Shown piece after piece: positions 25,395-38,879 of a stretch of DNA of 64,000 nt; the first letter of the stretch is position 1; the number at the start of each line of letters is the position of its first letter. Location of the stretch: the NCBI RefSeq assembly GCF_964355755.1, contig NC_092677.1:21873175-21937174 (forward strand). Direction: 5' to 3'. The notes under the pieces were generated by a model that saw nothing but the letters and a program-made list of their open reading frames with translations, did not search any database and was not told where the DNA came from. The translations under genes were made by a program, and so were the position numbers. Origin of the DNA: Antedon mediterranea. Its lineage: Eukaryota > Animalia > Echinodermata.

Positions 25395-28300
25395 GAGCCA
25401 TTGTCTGTAAGAATCAAAGAAATATCAAAAAGAGTGGCAGACTAAAAAAAATGGATTTCTTTCAAATTTTGCACATGGCTATATATGTGTTGAGAGAAAT
25501 TAAATATGAAGTATTTTTTATTTCACACGTATATTTCCATGGCAACGGCCAAATTTGTGTTTTTGACAAATTTTGTCTTTTTTTAAGGTTTTTTAAAATG
25601 GATATTGGTACTACTTTGAGGAACGATATTTTTGTTTTGTTCATTTAATTATAAAAAATAATTAGTGTATGCTTAATAATAATGCATTGTGTACCTGTTT
25701 CAAATTTTTTTATTTTTTTTTATTTCATACTTTGGGAGATACCATTTATTTAAAAAGGGGTGTTTTTCACTTTTTTTAAATTGTTCAATGCAACTAAACT
25801 TTACTTCACCATAACGCCCAAAGTGGTGTATTTTTTTAGCTGATTTATTACAAATAGGTAGTTCTAATGTTTAATTAGATTTCTAAAATAAAATACTGGG
25901 GTAAATTTAAAATCTACAAGCAGTGTTGCGAGAAACATAGGCATTTTTATAAAAAAAAAAACATGGTATATTAGTAAAAACATTTTATTTTCTTTGATTA
26001 TTTGATTTGAAACTCATTGGTCAGAAAAATTCTTAATGTTTTATATAGTTCTAGTTGTGTTGTGAGAAAAAAAATAAATTTTTAATTATAGATTCTGTAA
26101 TTCCCAGTTTTAATGTCATTTTATAGGTTATATCCTCTGGAAATTTGAATAAATTATCAGATCGTTGTGAATTTTAATCTTTGCAACAGATTACTCCTCT
26201 ATTATTTTGAAGCTCCTCTTTCATTTGTTTACTTCTTTTATTTGCTAACCTAAGCAGATCCCACATGCCCATCCACCACCACTTTCGACTTCCACCCCCC
26301 ACCCCGACTATAACCACAAAAAGATAAACTGCAACACTTTGGTCGATCATCCACTATAGAGTGTCAAATGCATGCATTCAAGCACCACCCACACTGCCGC
26401 TACTATCGCCCCAATGAATAGACGGATTCAAACTCCTCCGTCCCACCCTTCCCCCTTTCTCCAAGCCCCCACCCACCCCAAGTTAAAAATTGCAATGCAA
26501 AAGATAGGACATAAAGTTAAGTTTTTAGGCCCTCGCCTTCAACCCTTTAACTATTTAAAAGTCCTGGATCCACCACTTTCCCCTCCCCAAAATAGAACCA
26601 ATCAAAAGTCAATGATATACTTAGGTATGTTAATGCTACATAACAAATATTGAAGCCCTGATTTGAAATTTCATTTCATTTAAGGTCAGCATGTAAAATA
26701 TCACACTTTATTATTAAATATTGGTTTTAAATTCTATATTTTTTTTACTGTGATGGTTGGATTCAGTATTAATTATTAATAATTATCTGATAATTATTTA
26801 ATTTCCCTTAGTTATGCATAGCAACAGTTACTATGGTAACTAAAATTGAGATATTCTTTAGATTTTGCATATTTATCTTATACAAATTTAAATTTGTAGA
26901 TAATTAGCAGGCATGCCTTATTTGCATTTTCAAATGACCGTTTCACAAGGTCATATTCGTAAGCACTTTCTTCTGTGATTATTTTTATTCATGAAAACCC
27001 CATATTTTATTTACAGCGGCCACCTCCCTTAACGGACGCACTTTGAAAAGCCTGTTTGTTCTTCCTATCTAATTAGTGCATTTGGTGCTTACCGTAAGCA
27101 GCTGCGGGCACCTTTTTATACAAAAAAAAAAAGATTTTTTGTAAGCGGCCAATCGAAAAATGTGATACTTATTGCATGGACCTATGAATTAGAGGTGCAT
27201 GTATATTGTATTTCTTTATATATTAGCTTTATTTTGAAGAGGTTTTAAAAACATTACTGTGAAGAGATGAGAAAACTACACAGATTTTGAGCAACCATTT
27301 TTCATATGATAAAAGTTTTTAAAATTTGTCTGAAAATGCTAAAAAATACTAAACCACCTGATTATAAATAATAATAGGCCTACAATTATAAGCGGCCACT
27401 TTTCCAACTGTATTTAAAAAACAATTATCCTTAGTTATGCATAGAAACAGGTTCTAAGATAACATAAATAATACATTTTGACATAACTTGACCCAACAAA
27501 TGACCCTTTCACAAGGTCAGACATTTTCTGGGATTCAGTAGATAAGTAAATTTGGGAAAAGGTAGTAATATGTAATCAATTGTTTGTAGTCATGAAACCC
27601 CATATTAAAAATATTGTACTTAGTTACGTATAGAAACAGTTGCTACAATACACTATAGGTAAAATGTTGATGTCATTTGACCTCAATATGTAAACATTTT
27701 TTTTTTCATGAAAACTCCATATTTAATTTTGTTTTTTAAATATCATTAGTTACGTAAACAGGTTTAAGATAACACCAAAGGTCATTTTTTTACCTTTTTT
27801 CAGATTCGTCAAGACTTTCTTTCTGAGATTATTAGGATTCAGTATTTAAAGTAAATTTGGCAAAAAGTAGAAATGTAAAACTATGTAGAAAAAATGTTTT
27901 GAATTGATGAAAAACCCCTTATTTTTTGGAAATGTTCGCATAGAAACAGTTACTATGGTAAAATGTTGACCTCAAAATGAATGAATTTAAAAGGTCAAGT
28001 TTGTCATTAATGGAATGCAGTAGAAGTAAAATATGAATATTGTTAAGAATTGTTATGAACTATCTTTTAAATTTTGATCAAACATTAATAGTTGTAGTAA
28101 AGTGGGGACCTGTCCTGTTTTGCATTCTGACCCCTTTTGACCTCAAATGACCTATTTACAAGGTCAGATTTTTTGGGAGGTCTTTCTGTATCTCTTTACA
28201 CAAAATAGATTTTAAAATTTATGAAAACCATTGACGCAATTATTTCCAAGTTTAACATTATTTTCCATCAACTAAATATTTCAATGCAAAATACTGTTTT

Positions 28301-29019
28301 TCTGGCAATTAATTGAAATAAACCTGGCAACACATTCTCCTATTTTATCTAAACTATTTGTATGACTCTAGTAGCATTATGACAAGCCACATATACATTT
28401 TATTATTGGATTAGCCATATTTAAATTGTGTTTCATGTGTTTTGTTTGTTGATATTTTGTTATATTTTTTGTATTTTTTGTATTTTCCTGGCAACACAAA
28501 ACCTATGTACGAAATTTACCCCAGTGTTTTTTTCGTGATTATTGTTGAAAAACCTATTGACTATCAAATTAAAAAACCTCATTGATTTAAAAACACCACT
28601 TTGGAAGTTATAGGTACGTTTATGAGGTATACTTTTATAAAAAAAATATTTTTTAAAAACACCCCTTTTTAAAATAATGGTATCAACCAAACTCCACTTT
28701 GTAATTTATTTTTTTTCTACATTAAATGGAACTCAATACATGTTGTTAACACTGCTATAAACAAAAACTGTATACTGTAAGTATTTTTGGTTAAAATAAG
28801 TATACAAGTTTGTACTTTTTCACTATAGAAAATCTGTGAAAAATGGCAAAAACATCAAAATTTGGATAATTGACCGTTGTCATGGCAACGGAGGCTAAAA
28901 ATTAAAATGAATGTTGTAGATATGCTTTTTATTGAAATGTCTATTCATGGTAAAAATTTGAGAGAAATCCATTTTTTTACATCTGCCACCAAATCTTTGA
29001 TTTTTACAGACAATGGCTC
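25395..29019. mobile_element. Sola3-like non-autonomous element with long TIRs
   Basis: TTAA|GAGCCATTGTCTGTAA ... TTACAGACAATGGCTC|TTAA. Imperfect inverted similarity extends roughly 550 bp (25395-25950 vs 28490-29019). GAG...CTC termini, TTAA TSD and long TIRs are Sola3 hallmarks. Confidence 0.75.
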
Positions 29020-29713
29020 TTAAGAGCTGATTGGATATATAAAATGTATAAATAAAACTATTTATTGACAATAATAAGCTAGACCCAGTAGGCATACAAC
29101 CAATACAAATATAATAAGGCCTAGCCCAAAATACAATTGAATGACATTGAATTATTTTTGACTTGTCTATTTTATTATAGAATAAACAATTGCAGAACAT
29201 TTTACTTTGAATATTAAAATCATTTTTAATGTTTTATTCCAATTTACGATATGCTGTGTGTAAAATTAAAGTAACCTCACAAAAATGTTTAAACAACTTT
29301 TATTTCCGCGCGTAAAGCTCAATGTACAGTGGTAATGTTTAGGGGAAAACCACTTAGATTGCTCCACATAGAATATTTATCTATCCTGAGCAGAAACTGC
29401 CAGTCCGCTCCACATTGTGTGTTAAGGAATAAATTACTTTATATTATATTTTTTATAATATTTCTATTACCGTTACTGCTTATCTGTTTAAATTGGAAGG
29501 ACCATATTGATTATATGTATCTGAAAATAACTATAGGACAGAAGAGTTTGAAGAAAAGTATAACAGTTAATAAAATATTTTCTGCTCAAATATCACTTGC
29601 ATTTCACAATAAAGATGCTGATTTAAAACCCATGTAATTTTTAAATCAATTGTTCAATTTCAGTTTTTGTGTATGACAGAGCAACTTTTTAATTAAAAAC
29701 ATTTAATTTCCAG

Positions 29714-29808
29714 CACTTGGTCAGGTAATGCTCTATGTAGATGGCATGAATGGAGTTATAGAACACAATGAAACTATCCAGTGGCTTTATTCACTTATCA
29801 TATCAAAG
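29714..29808 (+). CDS. FHOD3: FHOD exon: (A)[31 protein letters not shown]
   Basis: TTTCCAG acceptor and GTAAGT donor, 95 nt, phase 1 to 0. Conserved [14 protein letters not shown] motif. Confidence 0.97.
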
Positions 29809-30962
29809 GTAAGTTTTTACTTTACTAGACACTTTTATATGAACTTTGAGGTCCAAAGAATTTGACTTCAGAAATTGGTTTAGGGTGGTCAAACAAAATG
29901 ACTTGGCTATTGGCCAGTGCGAGCCCAAACTGGAAATACCATTACTATATGTTTGAAAAAGAACAACTTACCTAAAAAAAAAAATTGTCATAGACATAAA
30001 TTGTTGCCTATTTTCGATTGATTTAAAAAAAATGGATTTTTATCTTCTTCGACACAGTTCGTCACATTCAATACAGCGCATATTTTGTAAAATTTTTAAT
30101 AATTAAGGCTAACAAAGGCTATACATTGGCCAATGACAAGAGAGTATTTGAGGAGCAGACGAAATTTTGCGCATTGATAGAACTTTCCATTTTTTTACAA
30201 CACTTTTTACGCATCAGGACTATACATGAAAAATAATTTTAATTGTTAATTATTAGAACAATATCAGTATTAATTTAACAGTGATTAGTTTAACAACAAA
30301 CAAAATCTTCAAAATATATTTAGGAACCATGGCGGTACGGTAACTTTTATTTTTTCTAGGCCCCCAACAAAGTATGATCGCGACGAACCACGCACTTCAT
30401 AGCGTGACAAGAAAGCGCTAGGCCCCCTAAACATTTCATCGCGTGGTGAATTTCCGCATCTGCCATTGTCGCTATGGCGTCACGTAGTTCAAGTCGGACT
30501 TGCGCGAAGAAAATAATGTAATTTGTATACGGTTGTAAATAAAGATGATTTTCATTATTATAACTTATACCAATGTATAGTTAATTAAGCTAATATAAAA
30601 ATAGATATTTCATTCTTCAATATCTGGCCAATATAACAACTCAATGACTGTTACGTTTTTCATAAACATCGTTTAAAAAAATCGATCAAAATCCGTCTCG
30701 ATTTAGTCGAGGTTGGCCTGAATTAGTTGGCGATTTAGTTGAAGTTCGGTTTATGAATTAAAATGACGTCATTTTTTTAGTTTTAGCTCGAACTACGACT
30801 AAAGTCCGGTTTAAGAATACGGGCGTAAGCCCATAAATAGCATGCATGTTATGATGCATTGTGCGATAGTCTAACTTTGTCACCGTAAAGATCTGTATTT
30901 CTATTAAATTATGTATCTTAGATTGATTTTTTTCAACTTAAACTGTAGTTGAAGAATGGGTG

Positions 30963-31582
30963 TGTAGAAAGCAATGACCCGGGCGACCTCGAATTGGACA
31001 ACCCATAACACAAAACTGACGACCCATAACACAAAACTGACGACCCCTATAGCCTAGCCTAGCCTAGGCCTAAAGTGTGGTATAACATCCCGAAGCCGAA
31101 CATAGCTAAAGATCTTTAAACCATACCTTATATAATACTCGCAAGCAAGCAATTGATTGAAAAAATACAGAAATATCGTCATTTGATACTGAATGTGTGG
31201 ACACGAACAAACGAACAGATATGGAACGCCAAGAGTGCATCATTAAAACTGCATTCGACTCGATTACTCGATTAATTACATCTCGTCCTCTTATAACGAA
31301 CACTATAGGCCTACCAAGCAGCGTGTTGCGAACATGTGCATAGGGAGGGCCATAAGAAAGCTTTGCATTTCACACATGCATTGTATATGGTCAAACCTTA
31401 CCCGCCGCTGAAAAAGGGGCCGTTTTGATCTGGTTTGCCATGTTTATGATATTTCGTGTGCTAATCAATTCAAATGCAGTTTTAATGATGCACTCTTGGC
31501 GTTCCTCACTTATGCCTAGGCTAGGCTATAGGGGTCGCCCGGGTCGTTGGGGTCGTCCAATTCGAGGTCATCGCTTTCTACA
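30963..31582. mobile_element. Fold-back MITE
   Basis: TGTAGAAAGCAATGACC..CCTCGAATTGGAC / GTCCAATTCGAGGTCATCGCTTTCTACA. Also an inner inverted pair GAACGCCAAGAGTGCATCATTAAAACTGCATT (about 31224) with its complement at about 31473. Confidence 0.75.
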
Positions 31583-32149
31583 AGATTATTAAAAACAAAT
31601 ATTTAGTGATTTTTTGGAAATTTTAGTTTGTTTTTATTGTAAATTATTAAGTTTTAAAATGACTACTTCAATAAGCCTATTCCAAACCATTGGTGACCTT
31701 GGAGTCATTCAGGCAGGTTGAACGCATTTATGGTTGCGCTAGCAACCACGCATCGGCACCTACCGTCGTAACGTCAGCACCTGGATACTCTTTTATGTTG
31801 AATTATATTTACTACATACGCTGTTGGTGTTTCTATATTAGCTGGAGGTTTTACTACATTAGCGGTGGATTGTTTTACATTAACAGTTGTTTCGACATTA
31901 GCTGGTGTTTTCTAAATTAACGTGTATGTGTGTCTGTGTTGTTGGTGTGGGTATTTTCTGTATATGGATGTCTGTTTGTGTTCTTGTGTCCTGTAAGTTT
32001 GTTCTGTACCTGTGTGTTTATGTTCTGTCTTCATTTATTAGTTTATATGCATTTAATATCACGCATATAACCTGATCCTGATTTTGTCAGGATCTTTATT
32101 TATTTATTTAATCTTTTCTTATCACTATTTTGTCCGTAAATTATCTAAA

Positions 32150-33089
32150 CACTTTGACTGCCAAACACGAAGATCTTTGTGTTTGGAAACACAACGCTTG
32201 ACTGCCAAACACGAAGATCTTCGTGTTTCGCATTTTTTTGCGAAATCCGGTAAATAGGTTAATTATTGGCATACTATAAATATAGACACTATATTCGGTC
32301 TGGACCGTCAATATTTTACTATTTGAAAGTAACTAATCTGGTTACGAATGACTGTCAAAATGGTACCTGTCGAAATAACAAACACCGCGCATCACAGTAG
32401 CGCGTAGAGCGATGGCTTGGCGCATTGTGTATCGGTCGCATGCTAGCTATGCTGCCGAAGCATTACAAAGGTTTTTGTGGATTGGCATGTTTGTTTGTTA
32501 TCTGAATAAAAAATAATGGAGTCATTTTCAATATGAAGTCTTTAATTTTATTATTGTATGTATACTGTTTTGGTGTTTCACTGAAAGTGACCGAGTTTCA
32601 CGCAACAAACTTGATCAGAAATGGTATGGATATTATCATCAGTTTACTAGCTAGGCTAGTAGTACTAGGCTAGCCTAGGCCTAGTCGTAAAATGGTTCCG
32701 GACCAACTTTACGCCTGGTTAACTAGGCCTGGTGTCTTTACTATGTGGATTTTGGCGAAACTTTGATGTAAGATTTATGATTTACAAAATGTAATACATT
32801 TTTTGATAGTGATAAATTGTTTTTATAGGCCTATCGGTGCCGTGTAAGTAACTGTTTCGTTGTTTGTTGATCTCACCGGGCGATATTTTCATATTGTGAT
32901 GTCTTGCACAAAATCGCGAATATCTCGACTTTCTTGCGCGAAACTACGAAAAACTAAAAAAGTGGGTTACTTTCATTTTGCTATTACGATTTACATATTG
33001 CGATTTGAAAATCGTTCTTGGTACCATTGTAAAGCTAAAATCGTTATGATTATTTTAGTCTTGGGCTAAAAACGCTTGCGGTCAAAGTG
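32150..33089. mobile_element. piggyBac-like MITE
   Basis: TAAA|CACTTTGAC ... GTCAAAGTG|TTAA, with the left TTAA degenerate. The left end has a duplicated palindromic AAACACGAAGATCTTT(C)GTGTTT motif. Confidence 0.6.
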
Positions 33090-33849
33090 TTAAGGTCAAT
33101 TTCATCTAGCTACGTCAATTATATATTCCTTATGGCCAGGAATTGATGTGGTTATCTTGTCACGGTGCATAATAAAAAATTATGCGGTTTGTGGTGAATT
33201 TAACAAAATCACGTTTGTAATCCAATAGCTTCAAAAACATGTATCATAATTAAACCAAATTTGGTACTCATAAATTTCAGGTCATATTTCATCATATGCC
33301 AATACAAAAAATTAAGGATATCGCTGCATGTGCTCGCCGTACAGCTGTCGCCGTAAATTGCTGTGATGTCACAGGTTCTCGCAACATTTACGTAATGAGT
33401 TTTCTGGCAAAGTCTGGCAAATCGCTAAAATTTCTACTAAACACAACTTGTAAATAAATCGTAAGAAATATAAAAGTTGATTTTTGTTATTACTGTACTG
33501 TAGGTGATCAATTAAAATAAAATGATCACCTATTGTTATTGTATGAAATCTTTATTTGGTTATCTGCAACTTAGTTGCGCAGCGTAAATTACGCATGATT
33601 TTATGAAATTTTATGGTTGCTCAGAGCACAAAATTATTTTTCAATTAAACTTTACGAAGGTGTATTTCATAATATGGGGCAACGTTTGACATGATAAAAA
33701 TGGCGTGCTAAGCCAAAAATTACGCGTGTATGCATATTTAAAAAAATTATATTTTTAAAATTTGGAAATGTGCAAAATTAATTTCTAATCAATTTCTCAT
33801 TTTTCAATTTCAATTTTAACAAAAGGTTTTTTTCTTGATACGGCCTTTG

Positions 33850-34770
33850 TTATTCAAATATTTTAGAGAAAAAGCACACATACCATACAGAATGTCCATT
33901 TATTTAATTTAAAAAATTGTGAATATTCTGTGAGGCTTTGTGATATGTTGTCATCATAAGCCAATTTAAAGCTGAGCTTTCCAGCAATCAGCAGAGCTCA
34001 CGGTTGAATAATTTTAGATTCTGGCTATCTGGTTGGTGGACGCGAATCACCCACAGCGGAATGTTTTTTTTTTTTGACTGAAGTCACATGGTCTCTCTGT
34101 ACTGATCGTTACTACAATTTAGAGCAATGAATTTGTCTTAATAACAACATTATCTATTTATAAACATTTAATAACAGATATTTTATTGATATTTCCAAAG
34201 TTGATAAAACGTAATTATATGTTATTGTCGACTGAGGGCGCAAATTGTTTACATCGTTCCAGGCTAATTTTGGCTGATTTTCGTAATTCTTTTTTATTGT
34301 AATATTGATACAATAACAACTGTTACGACCACTTTTGGCCTAGGCCGAAATACCTAAATAGAAACAACGAGGCTTGGAACAAACAATAGTCGACAAGGAG
34401 CACGAGCTCCATTTATTTCCTTTCACGAAGCACAAAATACATAACAACACAATTATAGATACGTATGATACCGAGTGGTTGGTTTGCCTGGCCATCCGTA
34501 CACATCACAACCTCCCCATTCTTATCGTCCTGCCTCGCTTCCAGTCTCAAGCACAGTTCTAAACGCAAGCGTCCTTGGCTGGCCCTGTCTCCTGAGTGAC
34601 TCTCCTCTTTGTCACACACCCAGCACAGCTTTCCAAAATACCGCGCACCACCACGCTCCATTCTGATTCGTCCACTTGACCACCGGCGACTTGATTCATT
34701 TGCATGTGACATGTGACACCTGACTCTCGTCACACGTAACACAACTTTTAATTTTGCATCGTTATCCCTA
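33850..34770 (+). repeat. Second copy of the repeat found at about 14110-14752
   Basis: Shares AAAGCTGAGCTTTCC..GCAGAGCTCACGGTTGAAT..GGTGGACGCGAATCACCCACAGCGGAATG and the end TTTAATTTTGCATCGTT(G/A)TCCCT. Interrupted by the solo LTR. Confidence 0.85.
34321..34741 (-). mobile_element. Solo LTR (421 bp), probably Gypsy-type
   Basis: TGTTACG...CGTAACA termini, 4-bp TSD CAAC/CAAC, and AATAAA on the minus strand near 34413. The uninterrupted site (ATAACAACTTTTAATTTTGCATCG) is present in the paralogous copy at about 14722. Confidence 0.9.
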
Positions 34771-34854
34771 ATACACACACATTATTGCACATAACTTAAA
34801 ACGTGGTTACAATTTGGAAGTTAAATAATGATAAAAATGCATTAACGCTAATTA

Positions 34855-35523
34855 GGGCATGTTTCTATTGAAAATAAAACAGAACAGTTTTCTTGGAAAC
34901 CGGTTTAGGCAGTTGTTTATAAATAAAGATCGCATTGCAGCTCAATTTTAACTCCAATAAAACCAGTTCCTTCTATTTACGTTCATTATATACCAGAATG
35001 CAGTTCGTTAGGCGGAAGCGCGATTGGATCAAGGTCATTGCATCCAGTTCGTCATTGAAGGGGCGTGTAATCCTGTCATTACCTGACATGCTATTGTGAT
35101 CCTGTGCAGCCAATATTGTCAAGTTGAACTCTTCTTTCACACTCTTTACAATACTCTTATAAACATATGAGTTTCTTCTGATTCTCGGCTACCCTCCCCC
35201 TCATCTTTTCTTCTCTCCACATATTTATTAAGAACCTTGTAATTGCATCAGTCCACATTTTTTTCATCTAGAGAAAAAATAACTAGCCCAGGTCCTCGCG
35301 CAGCAGTAGTGCAGCAGAGTTCAGGTTTTTGGGTCAAATTGAGACCGCGATTGTGTTGCAGCTAAAACGGTTCTTTGCAATCAAGACCGTAATTAATTAG
35401 GGTTTTTAATACCATTTTTAAGATTGGTTCTTTTTTTGTGGTTTTTTTCTGCTTGCAAGAAAAAACCGTTCTTGAAAAGAATGGTATTCAAAACCGTATT
35501 TTCTGCACAATAGAAACAGGCCC
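34855..35523. mobile_element. Harbinger-like MITE
   Basis: GGGCATGTTTCTATTG / CAATAGAAACAGGCCC (15/16 match). Flanks TTA / TGA. Confidence 0.6.
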
Positions 35524-36122
35524 TGAAAGAGTTAAAAATTGAAAACAAGTTGTTTAAATTTTTCAATTACATAGTGTTGATTACAATACAGTATTTTATG
35601 TAAAATATGGTCCTATTGCGATCATTTTTAAAAATAAAACTCCTATTCACATGGTTGTAATGCAATTAAGCCTAATCACACACAGTAGTATAAAAATTAA
35701 ATGTTTATGTAGATAAATTTTACTATAGTACTAGGCAGAGGTATGCACTCCCAGATCTCTCACATTATACAGTAAATCAATATAAATACATTCATGAAAA
35801 TGAATTTGTTTCAAAGATGGTTGGCAATAGTTGGCTAAGAGCTTCCATAAATTTACAACATGAAGTAGAAGTGGCATTAGAAATTAAAAGAGGAAACAAA
35901 CTAAATTGTTCCATTTGCCACTGAAATATCTTGGTTTTCTTTTTAAAGCATTCAAAATGAGTCTCAATTTATGTATTTCGAAAATTCCAGTTTGGAAACA
36001 TTCATGTTCATATTGAAAGAGTTTTAATAATTCCTTGTCCTTCAAGATACATTTGTCAAATTCTAACCAAAGCATTGCTTCATTGCACCATTGGTATTGT
36101 TACGATACTTTTCTTCTTACAG

Positions 36123-36234
36123 TTTCGTCTAGTTGTGAAAACGTCATTGAAATTACTGCTTGTGTTTATTGAATACACAGAATCAAATGTGCAACTACTT
36201 CTACAAGCAATCAAAATAGTCGATAAGCAACAGG
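36123..36234 (+). CDS. FHOD3: FHOD exon: FRLVVKTSLKLLLVFIEYTESNVQLLLQAIKIVDKQQ(G)
   Basis: TTCTTACAG acceptor and GTAAGT donor, 112 nt, phase 0 to 1. Conserved FRLVVKT.LKLLLVF.EY.ESN. Confidence 0.97.
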
Positions 36235-37146
36235 GTAAGTTTGTGGGGTCTACTATTAATTTTTATTATTACTTTGCAGTAAATCCTTGAAGGACATGTT
36301 TGGGATCCAAACTAGTGTCCTCTACAATCCTCTACAATAGGGATATCCCTTGTATAGGCTGTAGTTAAATGTAAACATATTTATATTATGTTTTATTTAC
36401 ATTTGAACAGAAATGATTAAAACAACACAGACAACAACTACAATTTGGTCATTTCATCAAATTTGCTGTCGAATTTACAATTTTGCACAAAAAAAAATCG
36501 GAAAAACAATAATAGACCTTTATTGTCAGTACCAGTTATATGCCTATATTTCATTGGTTCACATGACTATTATGTACATTTACCTTCAGACATAATGTTA
36601 AGTTAATTGTGAAATTCAAAAGTTTAATCCAAAATGTATGTGAAAACAAAACCAATTTTTCAGTCAATGGTGTTAATTACAAAGAAATAATCAGAAAATC
36701 ATTTGTACACAAAGAAGTGATTGTTACTCAGACTAAAAGTATTTTAGAAACATGAGTGTAAATATATCAAAAGAAACCCTGCATTGAGGATAAACGGCAG
36801 TCAGTTTCAATTGGTCAGAGTTGTAATACCTGGTTAACTGTAGGAGGTGTTACCTGGCAACGAATCAACCCCCTATTGACAAGAAAACAAGTTTGAGTTA
36901 ATATGAGGTGGAATTTATGAGCAGCAGGTATCTGTAAAAAGAGATATATATCAACTTTTCACAATCAACCATTAGCTAATATTCAACTTACAAAATTATA
37001 TCATGCTGTTAAACTGACATTTAGTTGTCACGGTGATAATATAAAATATGATATATTTTTGCGCTATATTTTCACGTAAATTTTGCTGTAGAATTGTTAC
37101 AAACTTAGAAAATTGATTAGATAAATGTAACCTTTTTAATTGGTAG

Positions 37147-37238
37147 GACAATTAGCATGGTGTAACTTGGCAACACTCATCAAAGATGACTCACAAGATT
37201 CAGAGGTTCTTATTTATGCCATGACACTTGTCAATAAG
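37147..37238 (+). CDS. FHOD3: FHOD exon: (G)QLAWCNLATLIKDDSQDSEVLIYAMTLVNK
   Basis: TAG acceptor and GTAATA donor, 92 nt, phase 1 to 0. Conserved W.N...D.E.L.YAMTLVNK. Confidence 0.95.
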
Positions 37239-37515
37239 GTAATAATTTGTACTTATTTTTTTCCTATATATAATTAGTCTTTTATACCCATGTGAACATA
37301 TACAACAGTTTAACATGTGCGATTAGATCATTAAAGACAATCCCATGACTTTTTTTTGTTGGGTCTTGCACAATAGTACATATGTTCAATGTTTATGAAA
37401 ATGATTAATCAAATAAAATGTGTTGCATGTCATCCAATAGATCATCTATGTGATTTAAAAATCTTAGCAATCTATAGCAATTCCCTGTGATTGTGATTAC
37501 AAATAATGAATGGTT

Positions 37516-37645
37516 TATTAGTGGAATGGTATAATTATGGCATGAGGTGAATGATGAAGGTTATATTTCCACAAGTTGACAGCCGAATGGAAATATAACC
37601 TTTCACCATTCACCAAATGACTTTTTTGTACCATTCCACGAATAT
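37516..37645. repeat. Degenerate long palindrome (possible Crypton-like element end)
   Basis: GTGGAATGGTA..GGTGAATG.TGAAGGTTATATTTCCA [spacer] TGGAAATATAACCTT..CATTCACC..TACCATTCCAC. Confidence 0.6.
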
Positions 37646-38879
37646 AAAACATTCATTATTTGTTTTATATAACATATAAATAGATTCCTGTCATTTGAAT
37701 CAGGGGGCTTTATTAGAGGTGAATTTTAACATCCCAAATTACCTAAAACAAGCTGTTTTAAAGTATGTTTGTAATATTTATTGCTATCCATAATATACAC
37801 AATAAAATACATTATATAAATTTGAAATTAATAAAATCATACAGAAACTAAATAATTATACTGTTAAGGTATAGCAGAGTGAAATATCTTTGATTTCTTG
37901 GGGTAAATCTGATCAAACAGCGTGGCTTGTCAAAAACAATAGGTAATTTACCTAAAAAAATATCTCAGTGTATACCATTATCTCTGCAACGGGCCATACC
38001 ATTTTCAGAACATTGATTTTTACATCATCGTATAACACAAGGTGTAAATGTCGGAAAATTCATTTCATAGTTGGTGTATTGTAATTTATCATAGAATATA
38101 CCTTTTTAATGAAACGGAAGACATCTTTGATCAATAACAAACAATGGTATGCAGGAAAATGTAACCAACAAAAGTACAGAGTGCAACAAGCATATTTTCA
38201 GAGGAAAAGTTAATTAAAATGTGTAATTCCTTAATAATGGACATTTTTACTGTAAAATGTTCTTAAAGATTAGCCTACATTACTGTATGATTTAAAAAAT
38301 ATGAAAAATGTTTTTGATCTCCTAAAAGCCAATCCAAAATCAGTCCAGCGTTTAGATGGAACAGATTGATCGTTTTGAAACTAGAGGTAAACCCTTTGAA
38401 TTGGCCAAGCTCAGCGCCCTGTCGTTAGATTGCCTTGCTGTGATATCCGTAACAAAAAAATGAAATATGCCTATACTCTTTAAATAATGTACGTTATAAG
38501 CAAAATAAAAAATTAAAAAAAATATCGTAGATGTTCATAGATTTAATCCATTCCCTTAATGGCTAATTTTATTACTAACTGGAAAAAATACACATTTTAA
38601 TGAAACGTAAACTTTAAGTTTATTTTGATTTGAGTATCATGAAAGTATTATGTTTATCTTTCACAGATAATGTAACCCAATCTGTAGACTTGATATTTAG
38701 AAGTAGTATTATAGTACCTATGTGCCAATAAAATATATAAACTTGGGTTATAGGTCTAAGTTAAAAATGTTGATTGTTACATGCCTGTTTATCCTGAGTC
38801 ACAGTGCAAATTTCAAATCATTATAAAACAAGAAATATTTCTTCCAAAAATACACCGCTCAACTTGTAACAGTTTTAAT

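Noticed and set aside
26250-26590. C-rich ORF as a formin FH1 exon
   Set aside because: It lies inside the Sola3-like element, between FH3 exons, and has no poly-proline runs or fitting splice sites.
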